Below are positions 35,401 to 47,902 of a stretch of 64,000 nucleotides of DNA, one piece after another. The notes under the pieces were generated by a model, which saw nothing but the letters and a program-made list of their open reading frames with translations, searched no databases and was not told the DNA's origin. A program made the position numbers and the translations under genes. Location of the stretch: contig MU004183.1 in assembly GCA_010093605.1 (NCBI GenBank), positions 744,001 through 808,000 of the forward strand. Direction: 5' to 3'. The stretch's first letter is position 1. The number at the start of each line of letters is the position of its first letter. Origin of the DNA: Lophium mytilinum. Taxonomy: Eukaryota.

Positions 35401-38400
35401 ATTTGAAACCGATGCAGTAGAAAGGAAGATCGTCAATCTTGCTCTTGGCGGAATCTTTTTCGCCCTTCTCGTAGTCGCCGTTGAACTGCGAGGTCTCATC
35501 CGCAAGAATCTTGGTGTCCTTGACGAAGCAGTCCCATTCGTGAGGATGAAGCTGCTTAAGGTATTCCAGTAATGTGACTCGGGAGTAAGGCTCGTCCTCG
35601 CGAATGATCTCACGAAGCGACAAGAGGATCTTTTCGCTGTAGTGAGGAATCATGACCGTGAACGTCGGCATGTTATCCACAGGGAGCGGCTCCGGGATTG
35701 GGGTAGATAGAGACTGGGCGAAGAAAGAGATTCGTCGCTCAGCTTCGCTCAAGGCAGGGAAGAATTCAGTCTTGAAAGAGTGATCTTCTTGGGAAACGAA
35801 GAAGGTAGGAGCACGCAGAGTCCTCTTGCCCTCCTGCTCGGAAGGAACCTGGTGATAGAGCAATTTTTGCACATGATCGATAGCGAGAAGATGCTCTCGG
35901 TACATGGAGATAACGACGGCGTTCCAGACTTGGGAGATCAATACCTTGGGCTTGTACTTAATCTCCATATCGGTGGTAGCGAGGATTTTGGAATAGATAC
36001 GCTTCGGTAATCTGGAGAAGATGTTTCGCCATGGAGTCCAGATAGACACACCGAGGTAAAACGATCGTGCCACGGAAAACAACATGTTGAGAATGATGTA
36101 CCACAGGTATGTATCCAAGAAGAAGAGGATAAGATCGGTGAAGAACATCAGCCCCAAGAGAATCTGAGGTTGATACTTGCACAGGACTTTGCCAACGATG
36201 GCGTCGCCCAGGCAGTTGTCGATTCTCATGGGTGCCAAAATGCGGATCGGATCCTTCAACGACAAGGTAAGGAAGAAGTAGGATTCGGACATCTTGGCGG
36301 CGAAGACAAGAACCCAAAGACCATAAGACATCCACATGTCATTTCCTTTCAGGCGAGGATAACTCGCGGTGAAGGTCTGACTGGCAACGTATTGACGAGA
36401 GTTGCGGGTCAGATAGCTGCCAAAGAGACCTCCAATGGGCATGACTGAGAAGAAGATGAATGTGATGATAGCGATGAGGAACTGAACCACGCTGATGATG
36501 TTCGCGATCTTGCCAGTCTGGGTAACGCCAAAGACGTAGACGCTAGGGGCGATGTTGACGGCAAAGACAGCGAGGAGGAACAGGAAGCGCTTGGTCAAAT
36601 GCTGAGCACCTGCCCATTTTCGAGGTACGTAGAACCATTCGGCGAGAGTAGCAAAGATCATGATAAGGGAGGCCACGGTTCCGCCTAAAGCGACGGCCGA
36701 CCACCACGCAGCCCGATGGGGCTTGTTGTTGGCTTGTTGGGTGTAGCCCTTCGTGTAGATGGTAGGCGAGTTGTAGACAGTGTAGAACCAGAACATGGTG
36801 ACGTGAATGATCCAGATACGGTTGAAGTTGACCAACATGTGGAACCAGGAGCGTCGTTCATAGTAGGTCTTAAAGAAGACCTTCTTCCACAGCACGTCCT
36901 TCAACTTCATGTAGCGGTCCGCAGGAGGCACATCGACAATACGCGACTTGTCTTCCATTACGATGCGCTCAATACCCTCGGGGTACCAGAAGAGCTGATT
37001 GCAGTCGTCGTATCCAATGATGGCAGCGTGGTCACGCTCACGACGAACGTACTTGCCGTCCTGGATTTCGTAGCCTTGGTCTCTGCAGTACTGGTACAGA
37101 GGTGTGATGACGGTGTTCAGGTAAGTGAACTCCTCTACTTGCTCAGTGCTGCCTTGGCACGCGGGAGAATTGAGGTAGTCATCTGCGCACTTGAAGATGA
37201 AGCACAAGCACTCAGGCATGAACCTGACTTGATTGGCCTCACCCCAGCAGAGCAGGTACAGAGCGATCTGGCGAATACGGTCATGCTGAGACATACGGTT
37301 CATACGAGTTTTCCATCGGTACTCGGCGGCTTCGAGGCTGTTGTCACCCTCCAACGCTTCGAGAGCTTCCTGTTCGGTGGTAGCATCACCAGCGGCTTTC
37401 TTGGCGGCTTTCCTGGCCTTGCGAGTTTTCCGGCTGGCTTTTCCAAGTTTCATGTTGGCAAAACCGACCGCATCGTCGAGATCCAGATGAGCAGCGAAGT
37501 ACCAGCGGCGGTAATTGGCATTCTCTCCGCCAATGTAGTCAGCGTGCAGAGACAAAAGAGCCTGGTTAGGCGACATGCGAGACGCGCGAGAGTCCAGAAG
37601 CGTCATGATGTGATCGTACATGTTCCTCATGCTATCGCGCTGGAAACCGAACTTGGCGGTCAGATCCAAGAAAATGTCCTCAATCTCTTCCTTCGTAAGC
37701 GGGATCTGAGCCTCGGAGGTCCAGGCTGGGTACGGCTCCCGAGAACGCTGGCCAGCGGGAAGGGCGTTGGTGTAGTCCATGCCATAGATGGGAGTAGACG
37801 CTCCGGACGATCGGTTTCCGCCATAAGACACCTGAGACGAAGCAGGTCGGTAGCCACGGCCGCCCTCATTGTAGCTGTTGTAGCGCTCGTCTCCGCGACC
37901 GTAGTAGTCCATGTCAGCGGCACGAGCCTGGTCGGACCTCATGGTGAAGTCGCTGAAAGTTTCCGAATCCTCCTCGGAGTCGTGGCCGCGACGCTTCGGT
38001 TTCCCACTGTGAGACAGTTAGCATCGAAGGCGTGCAGGAAAGGACAATGGCGGGACAGACCCATAACCACCTTGATCATACCCTTGTTGTCCGGCAGCGC
38101 CGCCCTGGTCGTAGTACTGGTCATTGTAGTACTCGTCCTGGTACTGCCCCTGCTGGCCGTTCTCGTAGTACCCGTCTTGCGGGTAATGGCCCTGGGCGTG
38201 CCCCTGCTGCTGGCCATCATAGTAGCCACTGCGGTTGTCAGCCTCGTGTTTGTGAATTCAGCGCTCAATGTCTGGAACCTACGCTTCGTCGTAGTAGGCC
38301 TCGCCTTGGTGATTGTCGGCGTAGCCGTGTGCAGCGCCTTGGTTGTTGTCATAATGGCCATACTGCTCATCTTGGTAATAGTCCTGGCCGTGTTGCGCAG

Positions 38401-38449
38401 GCTGACCATAGCCCTCGTCGTAGTGGCCTGCTGGCGGATGTCCGGACAT
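32500..38449 (-). CDS. FKS1: 1,3-beta-glucan synthase catalytic subunit (GT48)
   Basis: 1713-aa core ORF with [44 protein letters not shown]; introns 38060-38007 and 32840-32789; start [10 protein letters not shown] at 38449. Confidence 0.99.
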
Positions 38450-38480
38450 CTTGGGCAGGAATTAGGTATGAATTACGGGT

Positions 38481-38590
38481 CTGCGGGCGGCACAGTCAGT
38501 AAGGTCCTGGAAGTGGGCGGGACGGCGGGAGGAATGCAAGGCGGTGGCCAGGAGGAATCCTGAAACACACACGGTCGGAGAGCGGCGTAC
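38481..38590 (-). other. Probable 5'-UTR intron of FKS1
   Basis: On the minus strand: GAG|GTACGC donor at 38590, TACTGAC branch site, CGCAG acceptor at 38481, ending 31 nt before the ATG. Confidence 0.6.
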
Positions 38591-40746
38591 CTCAAACAGT
38601 GAACATCAGGACCAGCCAATTTGCAGATAATGGCGTATTCGGGACGGCGGTCGTAGGGTGCGCGGGCGAGGTGCGAACGAGTGGCGGATGTGTTGTTGTT
38701 GTGGTTTGGAGCGAGTGTTGTGGTTTGGCAGAGGGCCAAAACCTGGGTGTCAGCGGTCGCTATGCGGCGGGGTCTGCACAGCCTCTTCGGGGTCTCTCGT
38801 GCTTGCGCTTCGAGAGCTGGAGGATCCGAGCGACAGGAGCGTCGAGTGTTGTTGATGCAGGTTTCTGGAGCGACGCGCGGCTACGAGATGTGAGTTGCGG
38901 CTTCCTGGCGAGGCGTGTGATTGGCGGACCTTCTCCTGATTCACCGATGCACTACGATAGCGCGCAGCAACTTCGAGCGTGGACAGACAGGCCGGAGCAC
39001 AGCAGGAAAGACAGACAGCACCGCACGATGTTCGAGCAGGCAAACGGGTGTGGGAGGAGGGGGGTGAGGGCGCAGATGAGCGAGGGAGGGAACGAGTGGA
39101 AGGTGTTGGTAAAAAGGGGAACAGGAATGGCATTTCGTTTTGAGCTCGGGGACTTCGCTTCAGGGCCAGCCAGGAGAGAGCAAAGACCCTACCGCTGATT
39201 TGCTATCACAGATTAGGCGGCCCCGCTCAGGGGGCTCCTCCAGGGCTGCGTGGTTGGCACACCGGCCACGCCCTAACCGCGCCGCCTCTCAACCTCCCAG
39301 TGGAACCTGGCAGCAAAGCTGGAGGAGCTTGCGAGCTCGAGGAGCTTGACAGCGAAACGGCCGCCACAGCAGTCAATTGATACCCGCACAGCACCAAGTG
39401 ACAGCATGCAGCTGCAACATGCTCGCCACCGGCAGTTCGCGCTGCGTGAAGATGTGCACTCGCTGCAGTGGCTCCCCGCATCCATCACAGCAAGCCAGCG
39501 CGTGGGTGGCGACCAGCCGCCGTTCTAAATGCAGATTCCAGGGCTACGGCGGAACTCCAGGCGATCAACCCAAAAACCCGCGGGCCCAGCCTATCGCTGG
39601 GAGAGGCAAGATGAAAAAGGCCTTATCCCCGCCGTCGCCGTGGGCCTTCTGGCGACCCTCCAGCCCTCGATAATCTATGTCAGTCGACGTCACGACTTTC
39701 CTGTCTGCCCACGGTGCCACCCAAACTCAACATCTCTTGTGCTCATCTCATGTCCTCTACCTCTCAACCTGCCTAGGACTGCGTCGATTGACTGCGGGAA
39801 CTGCCCATCTGCCTGCTTCCGGGCTGCATGTGAGCGGTATCGAGCGTGCAAGAATCCTGCTGCTGGCCTGCTGCTAACCTGCTAACCTCTAACCTGCCAC
39901 CCTGCGCTATTGCCAGCCCCCTCGGATCAGGCTTGGCCCGTTTCGATAAGAAGGCCTAATCCGCTATCGCTGGCCAGCATGATGTGGTGGCGGCCCGCTG
40001 TCGTTCATCCCTGTCCAAACGTTGGTCCGGCCGGTGGAGCGAGGAAAAGGGGCTTGATGGCGGTGCAAGCCCCCGGTAGAGCCTCAGCTTCGGATGCCCC
40101 GGGACCAACGAAGCACGCCAATCAACGTCCAGCTGCTGCTTTGGCGTCGTCTCTGCTGCAGAATTCGATGGCATCCTTCAATTCCGAGCCGCGGTGGAGC
40201 TGCTTCCTCCCGACTCTGCCTGCGGTGCCTGCATTACCAAGCCACGTCAAGCCTAATGACCGACATCTCCATAGAGGTCCTTGCCCGCAACACCAGCCAG
40301 CATGGGCCCTGGTCTCTGAAGAAATCAATAATAGCTTCCTGGCGGCGCTGGCTTGACGGGAGAAACGTCGAGAAGCTATAGGGGAGAGTCTTGGCTACGG
40401 ACAGTCTTGGTATTGATAGTCTTGAGGCTTGAGCTCGAGCATGTGCCTGATACATAGATAGTAGAGAGAGGTATATAACCTACATAGATATGTACGCCCA
40501 CACATGCAAAACTTGTCCAAACCACTGCGGCTCCTGACACTCTGCCGCTGCAATCATCTGCGGTCGGTTCGCAGGATCAGAGGTACGCAAGCAGCAGATT
40601 GGTCAACCGTCATCCCTCCAAACCGAGGGGTTTTCGCTCTTCACGTTCCCGTCAGACCATCTGTTTCGTGTGCGCGAGGTGAATGCAAACGCTCCTGTCA
40701 GGCCGAGCAACAAACAGCTTCTCTAGCTGCTTCGCTGGCCGACTGT

Positions 40747-40775
40747 AATTGACCGAAATTGACCGCAATTGACCG
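40747..40775. promoter_or_regulatory. Three AATTGACCG copies at 10-bp spacing in the FKS1/GH72 divergent intergenic region
   Basis: Copies start at 40747, 40757 and 40767. A regulatory role is inferred, not shown. Confidence 0.4.
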
Positions 40776-41274
40776 CGTCGACCTCTGGTATGATTCCAGT
40801 GCATTGAGCTCTGGCACTGCCTGGCACGCCTGGCAGCTGGAGGCCGGTCGGAAATAGAAGTTCGAATGCGCCGGTGGAGATCTGATCGCCGCCGGCCCAC
40901 ACAGTGTTTTGGATTGCGCGTCAACTGTGCCGCTAGGCCGCAACAGGGCGCTGGCGCAGCAGGACGGTCCCCTGAGAAACAGTGTCAAAGTCGCCCGCCG
41001 CTCTCCCACCACTGCTGCAAGTTCCTGTCGTGACCTCTTCAATTATTCTCTCGTTGTCTCATACTCATACTTAATCTTAAAGCCATTTCGACACACTCAT
41101 TGACCTGTCGCGACTTTCGTTTGCTGTCGCCTCGCGACTTCACTGTTTCCCAACAACAGTAACCACCACGCACGCGCTGCCCACGAGTGCCACCTTTGCT
41201 GCACTCCAAAGCGCTGCCCCCCAACAACATCTTCTCGACGGTTTCTCTGGTCAGAAACCCTCAAAACTCCCACA

Positions 41275-42991
41275 ATGAAAGGCTTCGGAATTGCTGCTGC
41301 CGCGGCGGCCCTCTTCGTATCGTCCGCGTCCGCCGCCATCGACCCGATCGTTATCAAGGTAGCGTCTCCGCCCTGATTGCTCTCTCACAGACGACTGACC
41401 TTGGCAAAACAGGGCTCCAAGTTCTTCTACAAGACCAATGGCACCCAGTTCTTCATGAAGGGTGTCGCGTACCAGCAGGACGTTAGCACCAACAGCTCGG
41501 CCACCGTCGCCGTCAAGTACACTGACCCTCTCACCGACACCAGTGGCTGCGACCGCGATATCCCTAACCTCATCAAACTCAATACCAACACGATCCGTGT
41601 CTATGCTATCGATCCCACCGGCAGCCATGACTACTGCATGAACAAGCTGGCCGATGCTGGCATCTACGTTATTGCCGACTTGTCCCAGCCAGGCGAGTCC
41701 ATCAACCGTGACGACCCCGAATGGACTGATGATCTGTACAATCGCTACACCAGCGTCGTCGACGTGATGCAGAAGTACGACAACGTTCTCGGCTTCTTTG
41801 CCGGTAACGAAGTCTCCAATGCTCCTAACAACACCGACGCCAGCGCCTTCGTCAAGGCCGCCGTGCGTGACATGAAGGCCTACATCAAGCAGAAGGCCTA
41901 CAGGACAATTGGCGTTGGATATGCTACCAACGACGACGCTTCCATCCGTGAGCCTCTCGCCAACTACTTCAACTGCGGCGACGATGTTGCAGACGCCATT
42001 GACTTCTGGGGCTACAACATCTACTCCTGGTGCGGTGACTCGTCCTTCCAACAGTCTGGATATGATGTCCGTACCCAGGAATTCGAGAACTACACTGTCC
42101 CAGTCTTCTTCGCCGAATACGGCTGCAACACTCCTTCTCCCCGCAAGTTCACCGAAGTGCAAGCCCTTTACGGCAGCAAGATGACCGGTGTCTGGTCGGG
42201 AGGTATCGTCTACATGTACTTCCAGGAGGCGAACAACTTCGGTAAGCTTCAAATTAAGGGCACACTATTATTCAAATGCTAACTCACGCCCAGGCTTGGT
42301 CAGTGTGAGCGGAAGCAATGCGAAGACGCTCGCTGACTTCAACAATCTGTCCTCTCAAATTGCCAAGGTCACCCCAAGCGGTGTCAAGATGGCTGATTAC
42401 ACCCCAACCAACACGAAAGTTCGTGACTGCCCGTCCGTCAGCGGCACCACCTGGGCAGCGAAGGCGACCCCTCTCCCACCTGCGGCCAACCCAGCGCTGT
42501 GCGGCTGCATGGTGGACTCCCTCACCTGCGTTGTTGACGGTTCAGTGAACGAGGATGATTACAGTGATCTTTTCGGTGTTGTCTGTGGTCTCGATGGCTC
42601 CCCATGCGCTGGTATCACCCACAACGGCACCACTGGCACCTACGGTGCGTACGGCATGTGCAATGCCACTGAGCAGCTCAACTTCGCTCTCAACCAATAT
42701 GCCAACAGCCAGTCCACCGGTGGATGCGACTTCAGCGGCTCGGCCAAGACCAAGGCGACCGCAGCTGCCACTGGCAACTGCAAGGCTCTCATGAGCCAGG
42801 CTGGCTCTGCTGGAACTGGAACTGTCACCTCCGCTCCCACTGGTGCCGCAGGTAGTGCTGCCTCCGGGTCTGCTACCAAGACTGGTGCTGCCGGCGCTGT
42901 CACCGTTCCTAGCTTCAACGTCGGTCTCATGCAGCTCGGAATCTACGTCTTCGGCGCAGCTCTTTCCGGTATGGCGATGATCCTATTGTAA
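41275..42991 (+). CDS. GH72 1,3-beta-glucanosyltransferase (Gas/Gel family) with CBM43/X8 domain, GPI-anchored
   Basis: Signal peptide [29 protein letters not shown], catalytic FFAGNEV and FFAEYGCN, Cys-rich X8 box, S/T/A linker and hydrophobic C-terminus; two introns. Confidence 0.97.
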
Positions 42992-43817
42992 TGCAGTTCT
43001 CTTAAGACACCTGATTCGTGGGGTTTGATGCACTTGGCGAGCGATTTCCTTACTTGTAATCTCACTACTGCCTGGGTAGAGGTGTTTTTCGTTTGCGGGG
43101 ACCTGTACAAAGTCGTTTTCATGCCCTGCTTCTAAAACATCTTGACCCTCGACAGCCCATCAATCCCGGGCACAGCTACTCTAAATAGCATTACGAACTC
43201 CTTGGTTAGGGTTGCAATTACATCTGTTATCACTGTAGAATTTGACCATGCTATTGTAATGCGTTGCTTCTGAGTACTGTTTGATCATAACGCTTAAGTT
43301 TGCATCTCTTGTGTCACTTACTGCCGACAGTATTATTGGCAGTCTTCGCTTCATATTGACAAGCTTCTTCCTTTTAACGTCCCGAAAACAAGTGCATATC
43401 TCATTGCTTCGAAATGCTTAAATTGGCTAACCAGTGTAGTGGTCGTGGAAGGATTCAAGCGGCTCGAAAGCGTTTCTAAGCTCATCTTGATGATTTACCT
43501 CGACAATACGTTGTTTGATCGCCAAATCCATTATACCACACTAGCATCAATGGACTCGAGGTCGTGTCGCGGTCGAAGATCTACATACCTCGTCTTAGGG
43601 TGACACACATTCTGTATATCCACATTCCTTGCCCTCGGAGTTACCCTATACCTAGGTAGCGTAAACGGGAATTCCTCCATCGCGACCTCCCTTCACAAGA
43701 GGACTAGGTAAACTATCATGCAGCCGTACGGACGTACCTCGCTCTCACATCGGTCCCATACTTTCATCTTCAACAACCCATTGCGTTGAGTATCTCTACC
43801 TATCTCAAATACCCAAA

Positions 43818-45502
43818 ATGCAGTTCAAACCAAAGCTTCTCCTTGCTCTCACCGCATCACTCCTACCCCCCGCCTGCACCAGCACAGAAGCCATTCCCCC
43901 ACCTCTCCACCATGGCGAATTCCCTTTCCCCAGCCACCGGCCTCTCAAGCCCATCTCCCCAATCCCCAGCAACTCTCTCATCCATGCCCCAAGCCACGGC
44001 CCCGTCCACGGCCCCATGCATCCCCCTCTCAGCCCCTGGCTCTGGACCGACGCCCAAATCAACTCCGGCGCCCCCTTCCACCTCGAAGTCGTCGAAACCG
44101 CGCCCCAACGCCCCTCCTCCTCCGCCCTCTCCCTCCTCCGCGCCTACATCCTCCCCAACGGCAACACCACCACCGCCTGCGCCGCCGCCGCCGTCTACAC
44201 GCTCCGCCACGGCGAGCTGCACTCCCCCGCCGGCGCCATCACCGTCGCCGCGGGCGTCGCGACCCTCCCCTTCACGCCCGCGCACCCGCCGCAGGCGATC
44301 CGCGGCGGGTGGGTCGCGGCGGCGGACACGAAGCTGAGTTGGGGAAACAGCGCGTTCTCGAACGGGACGGCGCGGTTCTATAAGCTGCCGGCGAATCTGA
44401 TGGAGAATGCGGTGGTGTTGGTTGGGGTGAGGGGGGATGGGAGGGGGAGGAGGGGGTGGAGTGCTGTCGGGTTGTGGGCGAGGGATGGTGAGTTGGACGC
44501 TTCAGGAGACTTATGATGGGGAGGTGGGTTAACGGTGTGGTATAGCTCGGCATTGCATCACGAGCCGGCCGCATGTTCCTATTCCTATATGGCCGAAGCC
44601 GCACCCCTCGCCGTTGACGCGAGGGGGGCTGGGAGGTGCTGCTGCGGTGGCTACAGGGACGGCTACGGTGGGTGGGCCGCTGGCTACATCTACGATTCCG
44701 AACCCGAATCTTAAGACCTCGCCGAATGGGGTGTGTGGCTTCGACTCGGAGTACACGTGCGCTGGGTCGGCCTTGGGCGTCTGCTGCAGCGGCGACGGGT
44801 CCTGGTACGTTGCGTCTCTCTACTACACTTACCCCCTTATCCCCTTTACCCCTAGCTCCAAACTCCCTCTTCAGCTGTCTGAACTGATGGTGATTGCGCA
44901 GCCACAACTCCACCGCCGCCTGCACCCACAACTGCCAGCCCTCGGCCGGCTTCTGCGCGCCCGCGCCCGCCATCCTCTCCGACGACGGCACCTGCGGCCC
45001 CGCCAAGTTCTGCCCGGGGTCAGGCTACGGGGATTGCTGTAGTTTGTATGGGTACTGCGGGAGCTCTGCTGAGCACTGTGGGGAGGGGTGTAGGAGCCTG
45101 TATGGGTTTTGTAGCCGTCTTAACTTAGAGAGTGAGGATCGGGGGAGGAATAAGACCGCATCGAGGTCCGCGAGCGGGAGGAGCGCGAGGATCTCAACCG
45201 TGGAGGCGCCGACGGGGACGGGGACGGGAAAAGTGGAGACATCGAAGCCGTTGATCCTGGTGGATCCCCTGAGGTCGACGGCGTCTGCGTTGGAGGGTGT
45301 GGGGTTGCCGAGGCCAACTGAACCGTTGACGGCAGCGACGGGGCTGGGGACGGTTGGGCCTGAGATGTCGTCGGGGCCTGTGTCGTCGAGAACGGCTTTG
45401 TCGATGCCGAAGCCGTTTGGGGCTGGTGCGATACAATTCCCTGGCGCGGGGTTTGGGGAAGAGACCGAGAGTTTTACGACACTGGTGGCGGGTCTAGTCT
45501 GA
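43818..45502 (+). CDS. Secreted protein with two hevein-type chitin-binding (CBM18) modules
   Basis: Signal-like N-terminus. Introns 44488-44545 and 44805-44901 join the ORFs in frame. SPNGVCG..C..CCSGDGSC..C..NCQ..GFC and SDDGTCG..C..GDCCSLYGYCGSSAEHCGEGCRSLYGFC. Confidence 0.85.
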
Positions 45503-45659
45503 GTGAGGTTTCTGCGTAGCGTGATGCTCTGGGAAGGGTTGTTCGATCTTGGATAAAGATTGGTGTTGGTATGGCAAATTCTTTTTCTCTTTCAGTGCAG
45601 AGGGGTGAGTTGATAGGACGGATGTGCCGTTTATATCCTTTCGTACGCGAATGAGAGGA

Positions 45660-45780
45660 AAGAATGAACGAGAGAACGAACGAGAATATGATCGAGAATT
45701 TCAACGAGAATATGATCGAGAATTTCAACGAGAATATGAACGAGTATATGATCTAGTATACGAACAAGAGTTACATCATT
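45660..45780. repeat. 12-bp minisatellite with a 24-bp higher-order period
   Basis: About 9-10 degenerate units, alternating CGAGAATATGAT and CGAGAATTTCAA in the centre. Confidence 0.85.
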
Positions 45781-46383
45781 GCTGCTGTCATGGTAGCTGT
45801 TCGAGTCTGTAACCTTGTCACGGGTTTGCGTATATCTCTCTTGCGCTGGTCCAAGGTGTTGCGGAAAGCTATATGAGATGATAATTCCTAAATTTTGAAC
45901 AACACAACAGTTCGCGTAGTGACCCTGCACAGCGAAACCCAAGAACGGTCACAGCTATAGAGGCGTTCAAACTCCCTCTTGCCATTTGCCAAAACAGTGT
46001 GTAATAATTCATGGCGCCGCTGTGTTGTAAGTATCAAGTTTTTTCATGGCTCTCATCAATTTAGGCTGAAGTGTGTCCTTTGAAAACTGGCCTTCTGGTA
46101 ACGAAAGGGATGTCTGCTTGATCTAGGCTTGTTTAGGGATTAGAAAAAGGTTGTGGGGAGGATGCGGGGAGGTAGTGCAATAGAATCTTGGTAATATTGG
46201 TTAGTTCGATATAGTAGTCGCCTGTATACTGGGTGAGGCTAGTGCATAGCGCTTCATTGAGAAAATGTAGTACCTAACATCCTTGTGCATTCAAATCAGT
46301 GCCGCTTGCTTGCGTAGTAGTAAAAGCTCATACGCCGGAAACCAACATCAAACGCAGCATGTATATATGTGCAAGGACATCTC

Positions 46384-47902
46384 TCAGTCCTTCTCGAGGG
46401 TAATCTGCGTTGAGACCTCCCACTTCTGCCCACCACTACCATAGCCTCCACCCAATCGCGTCCGCACCAGACTCCCGATCCGGTCTCTCAACCTGCCCAT
46501 GTCTTCCAATCGCCTCGCACGGAGCTTCAGATTCGCCTGGCAGAGCCCATAATGGACCTGCCAGAACTTCGCCTCCTCGACAGCCGTCACTGCGGGGTCC
46601 GTCTCGATGTCGTAGAGCACGTCGGAGACGCCAGGTCCCGAGTAGGACATCATGAGCATCTTGCCTAGCGTCCAGCCGAGCCGCCAGCCTAGCGCCACCA
46701 TGGAGATGGCCACAGTGAAGGAGAGGGCGCGGTCGAGCCAGACGTACATCTGGATGCTGAGGAGGGGAAGGACGAATAGAAGAGCGGAGCAGGACAGAGT
46801 CAGGAAATGGGAGGGGTTGGTGAGGAGCGAGGGGAGAGAAGAGACTGCGCCGAGCCGCATGACTTTGCCTACTCGAGCGTGGTTCTTGAGGAGAATCGCG
46901 GACACGAGGGTAGAGATAATGGCGCACAGAGCGGCGAGGTCGATGCTTCCCGGCGATACGCGCTCGTGTTCGTGGGCATGATGCGCCTCGTGGCCGCCCT
47001 TGTCTTCGAGGGCGTGGGTCAGACTGTGGGAGATCAAATCCAGGCCCATGAATAAGAGGCCCACCGACATGCCGAGGCCAGCTACCACCTCGGAGCGTTC
47101 GAAGCCAAAGGGATGGCGTATGCTGGATCGTTTCCAGACCTCGAAGTTTCCCCCTACGTCCACTGCAACGCAGAGGAAGGCGCCCAGGGCGTCGTAGCAT
47201 AGTAGTCTTGATAGGACGGTCAGGGCTAGGGATTCATGTGCACTCCACTGGACGAAGCCTGCGACAAACAGATGGCAGAAGCACCAAATGAATCTTGACT
47301 TTTGCTCTCTTGACATGCTAGATCTGTATTCCTTGAAGGTGGGAATTGGGAGGGATGCAGGTAGTTGGAGCGGGGCCCGTGGCGGAGGCTCGAGGAATAT
47401 CTGATGTGACACGCTACTGTGCTTGTATTTGTGACCTCGACGTCGTCCAAGTTCCTGTACTTCCAGTCAGTGGCTGCTGTCTCGTGTTCTGGGATAGTCC
47501 ACATACAACTTGTTTGTTGGCAGCAGCATTTTTCCCCGCCACATACGACATGGGCTGAAAGTTGAAGGGGTTCCGCGCATTATCTGATCCGCTCATTGAG
47601 GGCGTCTTGTCCTCGCTATTCCCACTCACAGCACTCATCGGGCTGTACGGGAATGTCGAGCTGGCCGGGCTGTACAGGGAGTTCGGAGTGGGTCTTTGGG
47701 ACGTCGAGGTATTCGGTCCCCCCAGAGTGCCGAAGCGGTCTGGGGGGAATGTAGCAGACATTGGCGAGAGTGCATCTGGGTTGTAGCCCAGCTTTGCTGG
47801 AGAGAATTGTTGGTCGATTCCGAGTCCTATGGGGCTCTGCTCGTCTTCAGGGGGCGGGGTGGGCGTCCGGGGAGGAAGTGGAAGAGGCATGCCAGATGCC
47901 AT
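46384..47902 (-). CDS. Cation diffusion facilitator, Zrg17-like ER zinc transporter subunit
   Basis: P/S-rich N-terminus, SHQIFLEPPPRAPL..PIPTFKE, VWKRSSIRHPFG, FWQVHYGLC, WEVSTQ; one intron near 47455-47505. Confidence 0.85.

Noticed and set aside
36716..38563. 615-aa + strand ORF overlapping FKS1
   Set aside because: Antisense shadow produced by strong codon bias in FKS1; no recognisable motifs.
41251..42252. 333-aa minus-strand ORF over the GH72 gene
   Set aside because: Antisense shadow of a codon-biased gene.
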